Positions 39,763 through 48,537 of a DNA stretch of 64,000 bases are shown piece by piece. Positions within the stretch are counted from its first letter, which is position 1, and the number at the start of each line of letters is the position of its first letter. The stretch is taken from contig CBDFLQ010000005.1 of NCBI GenBank assembly GCA_965249275.1, forward strand, positions 64,001-128,000. Direction: 5' to 3'. The stretch is from Dehalococcoidia bacterium. Lineage in GTDB: Bacteria; Chloroflexota; Dehalococcoidia; Plut-88900. The translations under genes were made by a program, and so were the position numbers. Under the pieces are notes generated by a model. The model made no database searches, was not told the origin of the DNA, and saw only the letters and a program-made list of their open reading frames with translations.

Positions 39763-40758
39763 TTAACACGGGAGCCTCTGATAGTTAAGAGCTAGACCCG
39801 TGATGTCAAATTCGGCTACAACGGTTTCGACATCGCCGGACGCCCCGAGTATCACATCTGCTCCGCGTGTTTCCATTTCCAACAGAACTGTCAGTATGGC
39901 TCTGCTATCCCGCTCGTCGAAGTAGATGGTTTCCAGATCGTCGCTACCCAGGTCTGTCCTAAACCATGTGCGGTCCTCTGAACCGGCTGCCCGAATCGAA
40001 AGCCCAACGTCTCCCAATGCTAACCAAGGACCACCACTATCGAATTTGTAGAACAATTCATCACCTTGGAAACACGAAAACCCCATCCCAGCTTCATCAT
40101 AATACGACTCGTTGGTGTCGTCATAGGCTTCTAGATGTATGAATGTTAGATCAGAGGGAAAGCTAGCGCAATTTGGATACGCACTCGGGCAATCTGGGCC
40201 GAAGTATCTCCAGTCGCCGTTCCCAGCCGCGACGCTTGGTCGTGGCGTAGCTGTTGGGAACGGGGTCGCCGTAGGCAACGACACAGGAGTCGGAGATGGT
40301 ATAGCAAGAGGGGTTGGCGTGGCGGTCGGAGTCGGGATAGGTGTCGGCGTCGGCGTAGCTGTCGGTAATGGGGTAGGTACAGGAGTCCATGTCGGCTCGG
40401 GCGTCCAGGTGGGTTCCGGTGTCCATGTGGGAGCAGGGGGTGGAGTCGGCGTTGGAGCGGGGGTATCGGTTGGGTCAGGGGTAGCCGAAGGCTCAGGTTT
40501 GGCAGTTACCGTTGGTAATGCGGACGGAACGGGGGTGGGCGTTACCGGAAGAAGCAGCATAGATGTTGCCATAGAGACTTCCGTCGATGGAGCGGTAGGC
40601 AAGGCCGTCGAAGGCATATCCGAGTCCTGCGCAGTTGTTGAAGGAGTTGGCATGGACGCTACGCTAGCGGTCGGGTCGGCTGATAGAGACTCGGGAACCT
40701 GTGGGTTGGAGCAGGTGAGAATCATGGCAACACTCAGGATCACGACTAGGAATCTCAA
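39763..40758 (-). CDS. Pro/Thr-rich lipoprotein
   Basis: Lipobox ILTC, PTPT/PTWTPE repeats, globular C-terminal domain. Confidence 0.75.
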   Translation of the reverse strand: MRFLVVILSVAMILTCSNPQVPESLSADPTASVASMPTPSTTAQDSDMPSTALPTAPSTEVSMATSMLLLPVTPTPVPSALPTVTAKPEPSATPDPTDTPAPTPTPPPAPTWTPEPTWTPEPTWTPVPTPLPTATPTPTPIPTPTATPTPLAIPSPTPVSLPTATPFPTATPRPSVAAGNGDWRYFGPDCPSAYPNCASFPSDLTFIHLEAYDDTNESYYDEAGMGFSCFQGDELFYKFDSGGPWLALGDVGLSIRAAGSEDRTWFRTDLGSDDLETIYFDERDSRAILTVLLEMETRGADVILGASGDVETVVAEFDITGLALNYQRLPC

Positions 40759-41007
40759 ATGGAACCCCCTTGCGGCAAGGATTAGGCTTCTCTACCACAA
40801 GTCGCCGTCCTGGGACCGGGAGCCACAAGGGGGCATGAGGCCCATCCTTGCCCTGGTCCTGATCCTGGACAATTGCAACTCGTGGTAGAGTCTCCCCACC
40901 TTAAGGGCACGTCTACGCCATGTCAAACAGATGCGAGATTGACATGCATTGACAACCCATTTAACCTAACGCCGCTCTAACGAAATGTACGCTTAAAGGA
41001 GAGACTG

Positions 41008-41433
41008 ATGAGCGGTAGGGATATGATACGCAGAGGGCTGGAACAACAGGATCATGATGCTGTCGTTCGAGCTGCCGAAGATGTCTATGAACAGTACGGC
41101 AAACACGCCCATATAAATCCCGGGCAGGAAAAGAACTATTCATGGAACGGCTACTGGATAGACATAATCGTTCCTATCGTGGCTGCTAAGGACGACAGGG
41201 CCTGGGTGATTGAAGTGGAAACCGCCGACTCAGTGACGGATGAGTCGGCAAGCGGCCAATGGCGGGACTACGATATAGCGTATGCAGAAGAGTGGTATTT
41301 GGCGGTGCCGGTTACGAGCAAGGCAAAGGCCGAGACACTATTGGGGGAACACGGCATTACGCATTACCGCATCGTTACTTGGGCAGCGAACACTGAGGGT
41401 GGTTATACATTCTGGGGGCTGCCTGGAATCTAG
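41008..41433 (+). CDS. Hypothetical protein, possible PD-(D/E)xK fold
   Basis: IDII...VIEVET pattern; RBS present. Confidence 0.6.
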   Translation: MSGRDMIRRGLEQQDHDAVVRAAEDVYEQYGKHAHINPGQEKNYSWNGYWIDIIVPIVAAKDDRAWVIEVETADSVTDESASGQWRDYDIAYAEEWYLAVPVTSKAKAETLLGEHGITHYRIVTWAANTEGGYTFWGLPGI

Positions 41434-41445
41434 GAGACGGCGATC

Positions 41446-41637
41446 ATGAATCAGGCGGCCAAAGACAAATTGGGTGTAAGCATACGGACCACGGCAACTG
41501 GAGAGTTACTGGTCTTTCGCTCCATATTCAATGGCTACCGGTATAGCGACGATGCATCCAGTATCAATGCCGTCAAACCTGATGACGCCCCGCAATTGCT
41601 GCAAGCGGTCCGTAAAGCCTTGGGCCTCGACTCCTAG
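41446..41637 (+). CDS. Small hypothetical protein
   Basis: AGGAG RBS directly after the previous gene. Confidence 0.5.
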   Translation: MNQAAKDKLGVSIRTTATGELLVFRSIFNGYRYSDDASSINAVKPDDAPQLLQAVRKALGLDS

Positions 41638-41654
41638 CGAAAGGTCGATATAAC

Positions 41655-42311
41655 CTAGATTTCGCTCTCCTGAGCCTGCTGATCAAGGCTATCCCATATC
41701 TGTAAGAATGCTGCTACCTGGGCAGCCAGTCCCAATTCAAAGTCTCGGGCTGTGCGTATAGGTGGGGGAATTTCTTGGCGCCGCACATCCCATATGCCTA
41801 CGTTCCACGAGTCTGACCATTCTTGGCTGGAGCTACGGGCCATGTCCATCAGGTGAATGATGATCTGCCTAGATTGACGGCTTGGCCGATTGGCATTGAG
41901 CCACAACTTCAGCACTTCATAGTCCTGGCCGGTGCGTATACACACTTCTGGCCTAACTCCAATCGTTAGTCCATTAATGTCAACGCTGACGGGATGGACT
42001 GGCAATAATTCACCTGCTCTCTTTTTCCAGTATTCAATGTAGGCTTCACCTATTGCTAAGTAAGGTTGGCACTTGCGCTGGTCCGTCAGCCCGCTCACGA
42101 GTGAATGGAGCGCATCCTCAAAGTCTCTTATGTCCCTTGTAGCCCAATGGGTACGCCGGAGCTCCTGGAGTAAGAACCCGTAGAAGTTACGTCCCATATA
42201 GTCCTTGTAGGGATTCGCTAGTTGCATGCGGATTTCGCGGACAATTCCGACTTGAGCGGCTGGTCTCACTTCGTAGAACCGTGCAAACTGCGCCATCGAT
42301 ATTCTGGGCAT
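41655..42311 (-). CDS. Hypothetical protein (ORF extends to 42638; probable start MPRISM at 42311)
   Basis: Long low-GC ORF; V.PEV...LKLW...GIWDVRR suggests a degenerate nuclease fold. Confidence 0.6.
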   Translation of the reverse strand: MPRISMAQFARFYEVRPAAQVGIVREIRMQLANPYKDYMGRNFYGFLLQELRRTHWATRDIRDFEDALHSLVSGLTDQRKCQPYLAIGEAYIEYWKKRAGELLPVHPVSVDINGLTIGVRPEVCIRTGQDYEVLKLWLNANRPSRQSRQIIIHLMDMARSSSQEWSDSWNVGIWDVRRQEIPPPIRTARDFELGLAAQVAAFLQIWDSLDQQAQESEI

Positions 42312-42697
42312 TATCGGAACTCTCTTTTCTTGGTTGGATATCCTGTGTTCAATAGTATACACCCCATAATTTGGGGTAGCAACCCCATAATTGTGGTTAA
42401 GGTCAGATAAAGAAAGGCTTAGAACCTTACGACCATACAGGACATCTTCAAGGTAGACTTCTTTGCAGTTACGGCATGGGATGGCTATGTCGCCATGGTT
42501 CATCTGCGGAGGGCCTGCCCAAGAGGCTCCATCACATACCCGATGATGGAACCCATCCTGTTCAAACCAGAAATGGATGATGGGGCCTGCATTTCTAGCA
42601 GGCCAGATCAGGATTTCGTTCAGAGTTTGCCCTGACAATGTACAGATCAGTTTAGCCTATTAGCTCCTATACTGCGGCCGCTTTCTAGGAATTATAT

Positions 42698-43982
42698 GGC
42701 TAAGCAATCCGCCTGACCATCCATCGCATTTCCTTAGCTCTCCCGTCGAGCAGATTCACCAGCGCGGTCGTCTGAAAGGTCAGCACAGACATAAGAGCGT
42801 GCAGAGTGATCTGCCGGAGTCCACGGAGACAGTGGCGCTCTAGGCGGCGCGACTCCTTGAGGGACTTGAAGACCCGCTCGATGGCTTGGCGCCGGCTGTA
42901 GAGATCACGCCACTCGGGACTGTCCCGCCGGACAGCCCCGAAGAGCCGGATATCACGCTTCGGGTCCTCCCAGACCTCTGTGTCACAGTGCCGGATGCCG
43001 CCCCGGGTGGAGGTCGCGAGATGACACCCGACACAACGGTACAGGTGGCCCCGCCGGGGATCACTTCTGACGTAGCGCATCGGGACCTGACCCAGACAGG
43101 TCGGAATCCCCAGGGCCGTATAGATGCCTTCATACAGAGCCGCTTTGGACGGCCGCCTAAGCGGGATAATTGGCAAGATGCCCTGCTGGTATAGGTACTG
43201 ATGGTTCTGCCTGGAATCGTATCCCTTGTCGGCCGTCACGACCTTTGGGCGTAGCCAATCGTGCAGGCCTTGGGCCTTGGCAATCAACGGCGGGAGTTCT
43301 GGTGAATCGCTTCGCTTGGCCGTTGTGACTATCTGGGTCAACGGTATCCCGTACCTGGAGTCCGCCACCATGTGGAGCTTGTAGCCCCAGTACCATTCCT
43401 TCTGGGACTTCGCCCGGGCGCTGGTCTTGGCAGTCCAGCTGGCTTCGGGATCGCTGATGTGTGAGCGATTCGGATTGCTATGACTCCTTACGACCGTGGA
43501 GTCTACAGCGACCTCTTGGCCGAGGTCTGGCAGCAAGGAGGCGATCTCATGTGTAAGGCAGTTGAAAGCCTTCTCGACTAGGTCTGTGTGGTAAGAAAGA
43601 CGCTGGATGAATCGGTTGAACGTCGTGCGGTGGGGTAGCTGGTTGAAACCGCAAAGCTCTTTGAGAGCCAGATTGGTCTCCAGTTCCCTTATCAACGCGT
43701 TGGTATGCGGCAGGTTCAGAAGGAACGAACAGCAGTAGGCTCTCCAGAGGGCCCGTAGCGGATAGCCAGGGCGTCCGGTTGGCCGGTAGGCCTGCAGTCG
43801 GGCCAACAGGACCCGATCGTCCAAGCAATCCAGTACTGCCTGAAGGTCAGCCAGGCCATGGGTGATTTGCTCCGGCTCACGCGGAGCACTATAATCGAAA
43901 GTAGCCACTGGAGGTGTAATCCCGATGCAGTGGTATTTGAGGTCACCGACCTGCCAGTCGGTGGCCTCTTTACTAAGGCGGT
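42698..43982 (-). mobile_element. IS4/IS1182-like insertion sequence
   Basis: Transposase flanked by an 8-bp direct repeat AATTATAT (42690-42697 and 43983-43990). Confidence 0.6.
42700..43908 (-). CDS. DDE transposase (DUF772 + DDE_Tnp_1, IS4/IS5/IS1182 superfamily)
   Basis: GRPGYP, VDST, GYKLH, ADKGYD, Y..R..IERVFKSLK. Confidence 0.92.
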   Translation of the reverse strand: MATFDYSAPREPEQITHGLADLQAVLDCLDDRVLLARLQAYRPTGRPGYPLRALWRAYCCSFLLNLPHTNALIRELETNLALKELCGFNQLPHRTTFNRFIQRLSYHTDLVEKAFNCLTHEIASLLPDLGQEVAVDSTVVRSHSNPNRSHISDPEASWTAKTSARAKSQKEWYWGYKLHMVADSRYGIPLTQIVTTAKRSDSPELPPLIAKAQGLHDWLRPKVVTADKGYDSRQNHQYLYQQGILPIIPLRRPSKAALYEGIYTALGIPTCLGQVPMRYVRSDPRRGHLYRCVGCHLATSTRGGIRHCDTEVWEDPKRDIRLFGAVRRDSPEWRDLYSRRQAIERVFKSLKESRRLERHCLRGLRQITLHALMSVLTFQTTALVNLLDGRAKEMRWMVRRIA

Positions 43983-44387
43983 AATTATATCAGAACGCGC
44001 ACTATCGTTCTACTATTTGGTGCCTGAAAGATGAGCGACGTGCGCATGGCCCGGACACTCTAACGTCCATCCGCTTGTCACCAGCAATGCAACCGGAATC
44101 GACACGGAAGCCCACTTCACATTGCTTAAGACGTTGATCACCGGGGATGAGGAACGCTTGTCGAAGCCCCAGGCAACGCCCACGCTCAGCATAGTCCTTG
44201 AATGGATTAGTTCTACGCTCACCCTTCAATCGAAGGGCCGAGGTGCTGCATTTCGCCTCCTTGCTAGCTACAATGGCACCCTTGCAACAGGGTATTAACT
44301 GGGTATAATGCAATATGAGGGCTTAACCGTGAGTCAAGCTCTGGCGTACGCGTGGACAGGGCAAGAACCATTTTTTGAGGAGGTGCA

Positions 44388-44816
44388 ATGGATAAGAAAG
44401 ACTTTGTTCTTTTGGCAGTGGCCGCTAGCCGGAACAAGGTTCTAACACCCGTACGGTTGCAGAAGGCACTCTTCTTGCTTGGACAAGCCCCTATCGTGCC
44501 AAAAGATTGGTACGACTTTGAGGCACACCACTACGGGCCATTTTGCCGCGCCATTTACAGGGACGCGAATAAGTTGCAGGAGGAAGGCTTGCTCATGCGC
44601 GTGCCCGTGGACCAAGGTGGATGGACAAACACCTACCTCACGGTTGACGGGGCAAAAAAGGCAGAGGAGGTGCAAAGAGACATGCCCGCCGCACATGCGG
44701 CCCATGTTGAGGCGGTTGTTGATTGGGTGGAAACGAAGTCTTTTGGCCAGCTCCTTACGTCAGTCTACGCCGCGTATCCCGATTACGCCGTCAACAGCGT
44801 ATTTCGCGGCCAGTAA
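44388..44816 (+). CDS. Panacea/SocA/YwgA-like winged-helix protein
   Basis: LQKALFLL...YDFEAHHYGPF...IY.D. Confidence 0.65.
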   Translation: MDKKDFVLLAVAASRNKVLTPVRLQKALFLLGQAPIVPKDWYDFEAHHYGPFCRAIYRDANKLQEEGLLMRVPVDQGGWTNTYLTVDGAKKAEEVQRDMPAAHAAHVEAVVDWVETKSFGQLLTSVYAAYPDYAVNSVFRGQ

Positions 44817-44819
44817 CAT

Positions 44820-45599
44820 ATGACCCTAATCGTCGGAATCAAATGTTTAGATGGGGTAGTAATGGGAGCGGACAGCGCTGCTACACTAGGCCCGGCGATC
44901 CTTGGTCAGCCCACAGTCACCCAGACCGCAGCAAAGCTACGCCTTGTGGATGATGCCATCATCGTAGGCGTCTCTGGGCCACTAGGATTAGCCCAACTGT
45001 ACGGCGAGCGCATAGACCATGCTTGGCGAAACATGGATCTGGGAAACACCAAGATAACTATGCCAGATGCACAGCGCAGGATTCGGGACGGGCTGCTTCC
45101 TGATATGGGCCAATCGGTCACTGTAGCGAAAGCGGCAGGCTTGCCAGCGATGGCTCTCACGAGTACTTTAGTTGCTCTACCGATAGGCGGGATTAAGGGT
45201 GAGCATGGTCTTATCTATTGCGACAACATAGGCACACCAGAGGCTATGGAGGATATACCCTTCGCTGCCATCGGCAGCGGACAGTCCCTTGCGGACCCCT
45301 TTTTAGCGTTTCTGCGCCGTGTGTTTTGGCCTGATAAGCTGCCAACATTAGCAGATGGGGTCTTTGCCGCAGTTTGGACGTTACAGCAGGCTATTGCAGT
45401 GACGCCTGGGGGAATCGGTGGACCAATTCAACTGGCGACCTTATCCAAGAAAGACGGAAAGTTGTCTGCTGAACTCATGCTAAGCGACGTTCTTGGAGAG
45501 CATCTGGAAAATATCAAACGGGCGGAACAATATCTTGCAGCTTTTGCGACGGAATCTCCAAGCGCAGCAAGTGACCCGCCTTCTTTCCCTCACAAATAA
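44820..45599 (+). CDS. Proteasome beta-subunit-like Ntn hydrolase
   Basis: M-T-LIVGIKCLDGVVMGADS (N-terminal Thr nucleophile), AIGSG, GIGGPI. Confidence 0.8.
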   Translation: MTLIVGIKCLDGVVMGADSAATLGPAILGQPTVTQTAAKLRLVDDAIIVGVSGPLGLAQLYGERIDHAWRNMDLGNTKITMPDAQRRIRDGLLPDMGQSVTVAKAAGLPAMALTSTLVALPIGGIKGEHGLIYCDNIGTPEAMEDIPFAAIGSGQSLADPFLAFLRRVFWPDKLPTLADGVFAAVWTLQQAIAVTPGGIGGPIQLATLSKKDGKLSAELMLSDVLGEHLENIKRAEQYLAAFATESPSAASDPPSFPHK

Positions 45600-45703
45600 C
45601 CCCAATTCCCTTAATATAAGGTTATGCACCCGCCCGCTCTCGGAAAGCCGGTTTACAACGAGCCGGATAAACATAAAAACAATTAAGCACTTCTCTCTGA
45701 AAG

Positions 45704-45943
45704 ATGAGCTACATAGTCGTCGTAGAGACCGTCAGGTGGACCAAGTATCCAACCCAATTAGCGACTCTGCACCTACCAGGACGGCGCTGCTCGGCTCGGT
45801 ATCGAGACGCCGATAATCCAGACCTTGACTACACCCAGGCCTTCGAAACTCCGGAGCAGGCTCAGGAGTTCGTAGACATCATCGGGATAAAGATGGAACC
45901 CTGCTTGACCTGCCGACCACTGCACGACCGGGATGCAATCTGA
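45704..45943 (+). CDS. Small hypothetical protein
   Basis: 79-aa ORF with H...C and C..C residues. Confidence 0.45.
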   Translation: MSYIVVVETVRWTKYPTQLATLHLPGRRCSARYRDADNPDLDYTQAFETPEQAQEFVDIIGIKMEPCLTCRPLHDRDAI

Positions 45944-46126
45944 GTTTTGCACTCGCCTCGAGACTCTTTTACCCTCTCCCTCGATGGGAGAGGGCTAGGG
46001 TGAGGGTGATCCCCGTCCCCCGCCCCAATCCCCCCAGGGGCGGCCGGCCGGTCGCCCTGCCCGCCACTCACGCCCCGTGACACCAACCCTCTGATCCCGT
46101 TCACATAGAGGAGTGACACAACCCCC

Positions 46127-46156
46127 TTGACACGATACGTACCTATGTTCTATATT
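46127..46156 (+). promoter_or_regulatory. Sigma70 promoter with LexA-like box
   Basis: TTGACA-18 nt-TATATT; GTAC-ctat-GTTC at 46139-46150. Confidence 0.65.
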
Positions 46157-46162
46157 AGGCCA

Positions 46163-46830
46163 GGTCTAGACTACCTAACCCAACCACCTTAAGGAGGAAT
46201 CACAACCCAGGGGGGAACCCCAGCCCCGGCCCATAACAAGGACTCAACGTCCAAGCCCATCCCAACGGTCGCCTAGCGACCCGCGGCTCAAGCAAACGCC
46301 GCCATCTCCTCGACTAAGGCCCCGGCTATCCCTTCCCTCTGTCCCCCAGGCGATGGAAAGACGCCCTGGTTCGCTATCGTTCCATGTGAGGCTCCTAACG
46401 GAGATGCCGCTCCTTCAAGCGGAATAGCGGTCGGATAGGCCCGGCGCCGAGGCCCTCTCGGTACACCGTCCGCTTAATCAAGCCGGGAGCCGGTGGTCTA
46501 CGCGCTCCGGGTCGCACCGGCAAACTTGGACACATTACGCCTGCAAGAGGCCCGGCATCGGACGCTGGACGGGCCTCCTAGCCGCCCTATAGCGGTGCAG
46601 CCAACCCCCCGGAGTCGGACTCGGACCTGCTGGCCCTGAAGGTCCCTGCCCATGTCCGGCGTATACAGGGCCAAAGGCCGCAGCAGCGGCAAAAGCGGGC
46701 CGGACGCCCTTGCCCCAGGGCGTCGGAGCACCCGAAGCACATGAACGGGGGTAGCGTCCAGCCAGCGTCTTCCATCGCCAATCCCCTCCCAACAGACAGA
46801 ACCGAAACCCACAAACCCCACAACTGAATA
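46163..46830 (+). ncRNA. Candidate large structured ncRNA, copy B
   Basis: Paralogous to 14068-14600; long closing rod ~46349-46388/46738-46779; many internal hairpins; no ORF. Confidence 0.65.
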
Positions 46831-46872
46831 AAATCCCGGCGTGTCACTAATCTACCGAACGGCTGCACGGGC

Positions 46873-47045
46873 TTGAACCCCACCCCGCCACCCGCTACAA
46901 TAGCCCCCGCAGCCGACCGCGAGCGGCGGTAAGCATCACAGCCCCGAGCCATACATAGACCCAATGGCCGGCATCCATATAGAGCCGGACCGGGTTGACC
47001 ATACAGGTATAGCGAACCCTCGCGGTCGGGTTGCGAGGGTTTTTG
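46873..47045 (+). promoter_or_regulatory. Promoter plus attenuator leader (pan-motif-like) of the peptidase-panB-panC region
   Basis: TTGAAC-17-TACAAT; CCGACCGCGAG (46913-46923) is complementary to CTCGCGGTCGG (47019-47029) in the terminator. Confidence 0.65.
47015..47045 (+). terminator. Intrinsic terminator/RBS-sequestering hairpin
   Basis: AACCCTCGC...GCGAGGGTT followed by a T-run; contains the GAGGG RBS. Confidence 0.75.
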
Positions 47046-48020
47046 TTGTACGACACGATTACCGACGTACCAGGCGTTCAGGTCGGTCATTACACCGACC
47101 CGGTAGCCGTCACGGGCTGCACCGTGGTCCTCTGCCCAGAGGGCGCGGTCGGCGGCGTCGATGTTCGTGGCGCCGCACCCGGCACCCGTGAGACCGACCT
47201 TCTTCGACCCCTTAACCTTGTCCAGCAGGCCCACGCCGTTGTCCTCAGTGGAGGCAGCGCCTACGGTCTAGCCGCCGCCGACGGGGTGATGACCTACCTC
47301 GAAGAGCGTGGCATAGGCTTTCCCGTCGGCGTCGGCGTCGTACCCATAGTGGCCTCGGCCATCCTCTTCGACCTGGCCATCGGCGACCCCACCGTCCGCC
47401 CCCGCCCCGAGAACGGCTACCAGGCCTGCGCCGCCGCCGACTCCACGGCCCCCACCCAAGGCTCGGTGGGTGCAGGTACGGGCGCAACAGTCGGCAAAGC
47501 CCTCGGCCCCGACCGTGCTGTTAAGGGCGGCCTCGGCTGCTCCAGCCGACGGGTTGGCGATTACGTCGTCGGTGCCATCGTCGCAGTCAACGCGCTTGGC
47601 AGCATCTTCAACGCCGAGACCGGACGCTTGGTCGCGGGCCCCCGAGGCGCGGACAACCTCGGCTTCCTGGACAGCGTCGATCTGTTGGAGAGCGCGGCGG
47701 CCCCGGTAGAGGCCTCGGCCCTCCGCAACACTACCCTCGCCGTCGTCGCCACCGACGCCCCTCTCACCAAGGAGCAGGCCAACAAGGTCGCGCAAATGGC
47801 CCACGACGGCCTCGCCATGGCAATCCGGCCCGCCCACACCATGTATGACGGCGACGTCGTCTTCGCCCTGTCCACCGGCAAAGCCACCCCCATCCCCGAC
47901 GTCACCCCCTTCGGCGCCGCCGCCGCCCGAGCCCTCAGCAGCGCCATACTCAAAGCCGTAATCGAGGCCTCGGGCCTGGGGGGCGTCCCCTCAGTCTCAG
48001 ATTTGAAGGTCAATGTCTAA
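47046..48020 (+). CDS. P1/S58 (DmpA-like) peptidase
   Basis: ITDVPGVQVGH, DVRG.APGTRETD, LSGGSAYGL, NTTL, AHDG, DGD.VF. Confidence 0.92.
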   Translation: MYDTITDVPGVQVGHYTDPVAVTGCTVVLCPEGAVGGVDVRGAAPGTRETDLLRPLNLVQQAHAVVLSGGSAYGLAAADGVMTYLEERGIGFPVGVGVVPIVASAILFDLAIGDPTVRPRPENGYQACAAADSTAPTQGSVGAGTGATVGKALGPDRAVKGGLGCSSRRVGDYVVGAIVAVNALGSIFNAETGRLVAGPRGADNLGFLDSVDLLESAAAPVEASALRNTTLAVVATDAPLTKEQANKVAQMAHDGLAMAIRPAHTMYDGDVVFALSTGKATPIPDVTPFGAAAARALSSAILKAVIEASGLGGVPSVSDLKVNV

Positions 48021-48032
48021 ACGTATTCAAGG

Positions 48033-48530
48033 AGTATTGATAACCTACCTAAATACGGGGGGTGTAGAGGGGCCCAGCCCCTTTGCCCGGATTCTGAAGA
48101 AGAGGTCCAGTCCCCTCTCCCTTGATGGGAGAGGGTTAGGGTGAGGGTGTTTCCGAACCACAAGGCAGGACTGGAAGAGTTCTTTCATAGCCCGTAGGTA
48201 GCAAGGTGCATGACAAAGGTTCCTGGAGTATTGACAGCCTACCGAAATACAGGGTGCGCAGAGGGGCGAAGCCCCTTTGCCGGTAGTCTGAGGGTGTCCC
48301 TCAGATATAACTTTCTCTTTCTCCCTTTCCGGGAGGAGACCCTGGCCCGTAGGTAGCAAGGTGCATGACAAAGGTTCACCAAGTATTGACAGCCTACCGA
48401 AATACAGAGTGTGCAGAGGGGCGAAGCCCTCTTTGCCGGGAGTCTGAGGGTGTCCCTCAGATACAACTCCCTTTTCCTTCCTTTCCGGGAGGAGACCCTG
48501 GCCCGTAGGTAGCAAGGTGCATGGCAAGGA
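48033..48530 (+). repeat. Tandem array of three ~155-194 bp structured units
   Basis: Units start with AGTATTGA at 48033, 48227 and 48382 and share GCCCGTAGGTAGCAAGGTGCATG. Confidence 0.88.
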
Positions 48531-48537
48531 GAATCGA

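Noticed and set aside
44002-44313. Minus-strand 103-aa ORF next to the IS
   Set aside because: No recognisable motif or RBS; may be an IS-related remnant but cannot be supported
39000-45950. Integron cassette array or prophage
   Set aside because: No integrase, no repeated attC-like RYYYAAC..GTTRRRY structures that I could identify, no phage structural genes, and mixed gene orientation
46349-46400. Fluoride riboswitch (starts GGCGATGGA..CGCC)
   Set aside because: Lacks the downstream GCTRATGAC pseudoknot partner and is not near crcB; no convincing motif upstream of crcB either
48033-48530. CRISPR array
   Set aside because: Units are 155-194 bp, similar along most of their length, with no unique spacers and no cas genes in the window
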